DNA of 64,000 bases from Laetmonice hystrix (Eukaryota). Below, one piece after another: positions 60,863 through 64,000 of the stretch; the first letter of the stretch is position 1; the number at the start of each line of letters is the position of its first letter. A program made the position numbers and the translations under genes. The notes under the pieces are model-generated. The model was not told the DNA's origin. It was given only the letters and a program-made list of their open reading frames with translations, and did not search any database. The stretch spans positions 44,332,001 to 44,396,000 of the forward strand of contig OZ249436.1 of the NCBI GenBank assembly GCA_965235115.1, read 5' to 3'.

Positions 60863-61836
60863 CAGATCCCCAGGTCTCCCCCTGCCCCTAACCCTGCCCC
60901 GTAACCCCGCCCAACCTGATCCTCATGACTTCTCGGTCCTCAGATCTCCCCTAGCCCTGCCCCAACGTAATCCTCATGAGTCCTCGCCCCTCCCCCCGAT
61001 CTGCCCTAGCCCTGGCCCAACCTAATCCTCATGACTTCTCGGTCCCCAGATCTCCCCTAGCCCTGCCCCTAATCCTGCCCCAACGTAATCCACATGAGTC
61101 CTCGCCCCCCCCATCTCCCCTAGCCCTGCCCCTAGCCCAACCTAATCCTCATGAGTCCTCGCCCCCCCCCCCCAAGATCTCCCCTAGCCCTGCCCCTAAC
61201 CCTGCCCCAACGTAATCCACATGAGTCCTCGCCCCCCCCCCCCCCATCTCCCCTAGCCCTGCCCCAACCTAATCCTCATGACTTCTCGGTCCCCAGATCT
61301 CCCCTAGCCCTGCCCCTAGCCCTGCCCCAACGTAATCCCCATGACTTCTCGGTCCCCAGATCTCCCCTAGCCCTTCCCCAACGTAATCCTCATGAGTCCT
61401 CGGTCCACAGATCTCCCATAGCCCTGCCCCAACCTAATCCTCATGACTTCTCGGTCCCCAGATCTCCCCTAGCCCTGCCCCAACCTAATCCTCATGACTT
61501 CTCGGTCCCCAGATCTCCCCTAGCCCTGCCCCTAGCCCTGCCCCAACCTAATCCTCATGACTTCTCGGTCCCCAGATCTCCCCTAGCCCTGCCCCTAGCC
61601 CTGCCCCAACCTAATCCTCATGACTTCTCGGTCCCCAGATCTCCCCTAGCCCTGCCCCTAGCCCTGCCCCAACCTAATCCTCATGACTTCTCGGTCCCCA
61701 GATCTCCCCTAGCCCTGCCCCAACGTAATCCTCATGACTTCTCGGTCCCCAGATCTCCCCTAGCCCTGCCCCAACCTAATCCTCATGACTTCTCGGTCCC
61801 CAGATCTCCCATAACTCTGCCCCAACCTAATCCTCA
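60863..61836. repeat. C-rich ~51/63-bp minisatellite
   Basis: ccccagatctcccctagccctgccccaacctaatcctcatgacttctcggt, with or without an extra tagccctgcccc. Confidence 0.93.
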
Positions 61837-64000
61837 CGAACTCACAACCCAACCCCCCAGATCCAGGTTTGGCGCAAACCTGGATCCGCCCCTGTAACCC
61901 TGCCCCTAATCGACCCCCTACACCTAATTCCGCGGGCCTGTAGCCGTGGTAGTACCCGCAGTAGATGTGGTAGAGAGCCGATCTGGGAGGCCGGGGTGAT
62001 CCTGGCCGTTATCACTGACTGACCGTATGCCTCCTGTCTACACCGACAGTCAGACTAAACGACCCAAGTAGCCAGCGCCACCTCCCGGATAGCGATATCA
62101 CCAAACCTCCAGGCAGCCACGTGGTCAACACTGCCACGTGGTCAGATAACCAGAAAATCATTAGTCTGAGACAGTGGTTCTCTCGGTAAACCTATGGACC
62201 GCCCAAACTGTGCTGGTTTGATTAATTAAGGGTGATCCCAACACATCCCCCGAGCTGCCATGAATTCATTCGAAGAGATTCGACTTAACCACCCCGGATA
62301 TAAATATATCGAGCTAGGGAATCGACATTACGTGTAAGGTCATAGGTCTAGTGGTAAAGTGCCGAGACAACGGATGGTAACGGTGTTACTGACTCCAAGA
62401 CTGTAATAAATCCTTGTTATTTATTGCTCTCACAAGGAGAGATCCTCAGCAACAGAACAAGGTCTAGCATGAAACATGTGAATAAACTGTTTGTATCTTG
62501 AGTGAGGCTATGTATTATGCTGTCCTTGCCATGCCCTTGAAATCGCATAATTAAGAATGACTTGCATGTGACAGCAGTCTTTAGTATGAGGTTTGGGAGG
62601 GCACAACGATTGTATACATGTATATTTATATACGGATCGTCAAGTGCTGTGGTTACAGCACTATCGGGCAGACAAGGCCAGCCCCAGGGGAATGGTATTT
62701 TGTGGAGGAGCCATTTAGAGTTTTGCATTGTGGGTTGAACCCCAGGTGGGGTGTTCAAGGGCGGAAAGGTGGTGTAGTTTTGCCACAGAGACTGGGGACG
62801 CCACAAGGTTAGGGTTCCCTGCCGGGATGGGCGTGGCAGGGGCGGGGGTCACCACAGGTGCCCGGCGGTGGTGGCGACGGCAGTCGGAGAGCTTCTGCCG
62901 CCATTCACGGCTGACGGGCGCGGAGAAAGGCCTGGGACTGGGAAGGGCCACCCTCGCCGCATGACATCGCCGGCTTGCCGCCCCTCACCACGGCAAACGT
63001 CGGCCTCACAAGGCCGCCTACCGCGACCCCCAACAGACCAGACAGCGACATTGGCGCTGTCCATTCTGTCATCTTGTTTGGCCATCTTTCTCTCAACCGC
63101 CGCTTGTTTACGGTACATTTCACCGCGGAATGACGAGGCTTTGTCTGTGGTCAGCCAACAGACATACTCATGAGACAACTCGGACATAAAGACTGTCATC
63201 ATGGGCCCTGCCTCAATCATTACTGACGACACGACGACTGAACGGTCTGGGCATTCGTTTAGCTACAGACACCGGTTGGCATGGCAACTTCATGGCATGA
63301 TTAGCACAGATAGCCTATGGCCAACTCATACTGTTGGGCGGCGCACAGTTTCAAATGTTGGATGTTTTTCAGTTAGAATGATTGTCCAAGATGATGTTAT
63401 GTAATTTATCCGAGATTCCTACTGTGGTGGAGAAAAACATCTAACTCTTCCAAAGATCTTTCCTATTTCAGCAGCCCATCTATTTGCTCTAAAACTCGAC
63501 TCCATGCAATAAAAATATCTTTGTTATAACCTGTAATAACTTTATTCCAATTTCTCACCTTCTCAACTTCTAATTTTCTGTTCACCCCATTCCCTTGGAT
63601 GATTGAATTTAGAGCAGAGCTATGGACCCTTTGACAAGCCCTTGTTGTATTTTGTACCTGATCAATTTTGCGAAAAACCCCTAATTCATACATTATATAT
63701 ATGTTACTTATATTATAAGCATGACTGCATATATGTCAGTTTAGTTTTACTGTTTAGTATTGAGCCTTATGATCTCCGTCCTGCGCCAGCTACAACTATA
63801 CCATTGAACATTCATTAATCATGATATCCATGTCTTTATCCCTTATAGGCACATCATTGGTATCTTTACATTCCTTCAATTAGTAACAATAAAATTGATC
63901 TCTGTATAGAGATATTTATAAATGGTAAATTATATCACGGTCTATACAGTAAAGGGCCCTATCCACTAAGCCGATTCCCCTTGTGACGGCCATGCGATTT

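Noticed and set aside
62849..63232. 127-aa minus-strand ORF and overlapping ORFs
   Set aside because: No recognisable domain or clear splice context.

Overview
Animal (invertebrate bilaterian-like) genomic DNA with spliceosomal GT-AG introns; no prokaryotic features. Two genes are supported, both on the minus strand. (1) A KATNIP/KIAA0556 (katanin-interacting ciliary protein) orthologue. I traced 22 phase-consistent coding exons from an ATG at 39376 down to 5438 (about 1,600 codons); the C-terminal DUF4457 domains appear to lie beyond the left edge. (2) A noggin gene with an uninterrupted coding region (52751-53539). Introns and intergenic DNA are packed with young minisatellites and small TIR elements (MITEs), including one nested inside another. 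Most long ORFs in the supplied track are repeat artefacts. The most unusual signal is that four tandem duplications in KATNIP are built from the gene's own exon-intron junctions. The largest is a 35-copy, 72-bp in-frame array in which each unit carries a combined acceptor/donor CAG|GTACGG. There is also a ~22-copy donor array and an 11-copy acceptor array, and several other arrays start within about 20-35 nt of a splice site.
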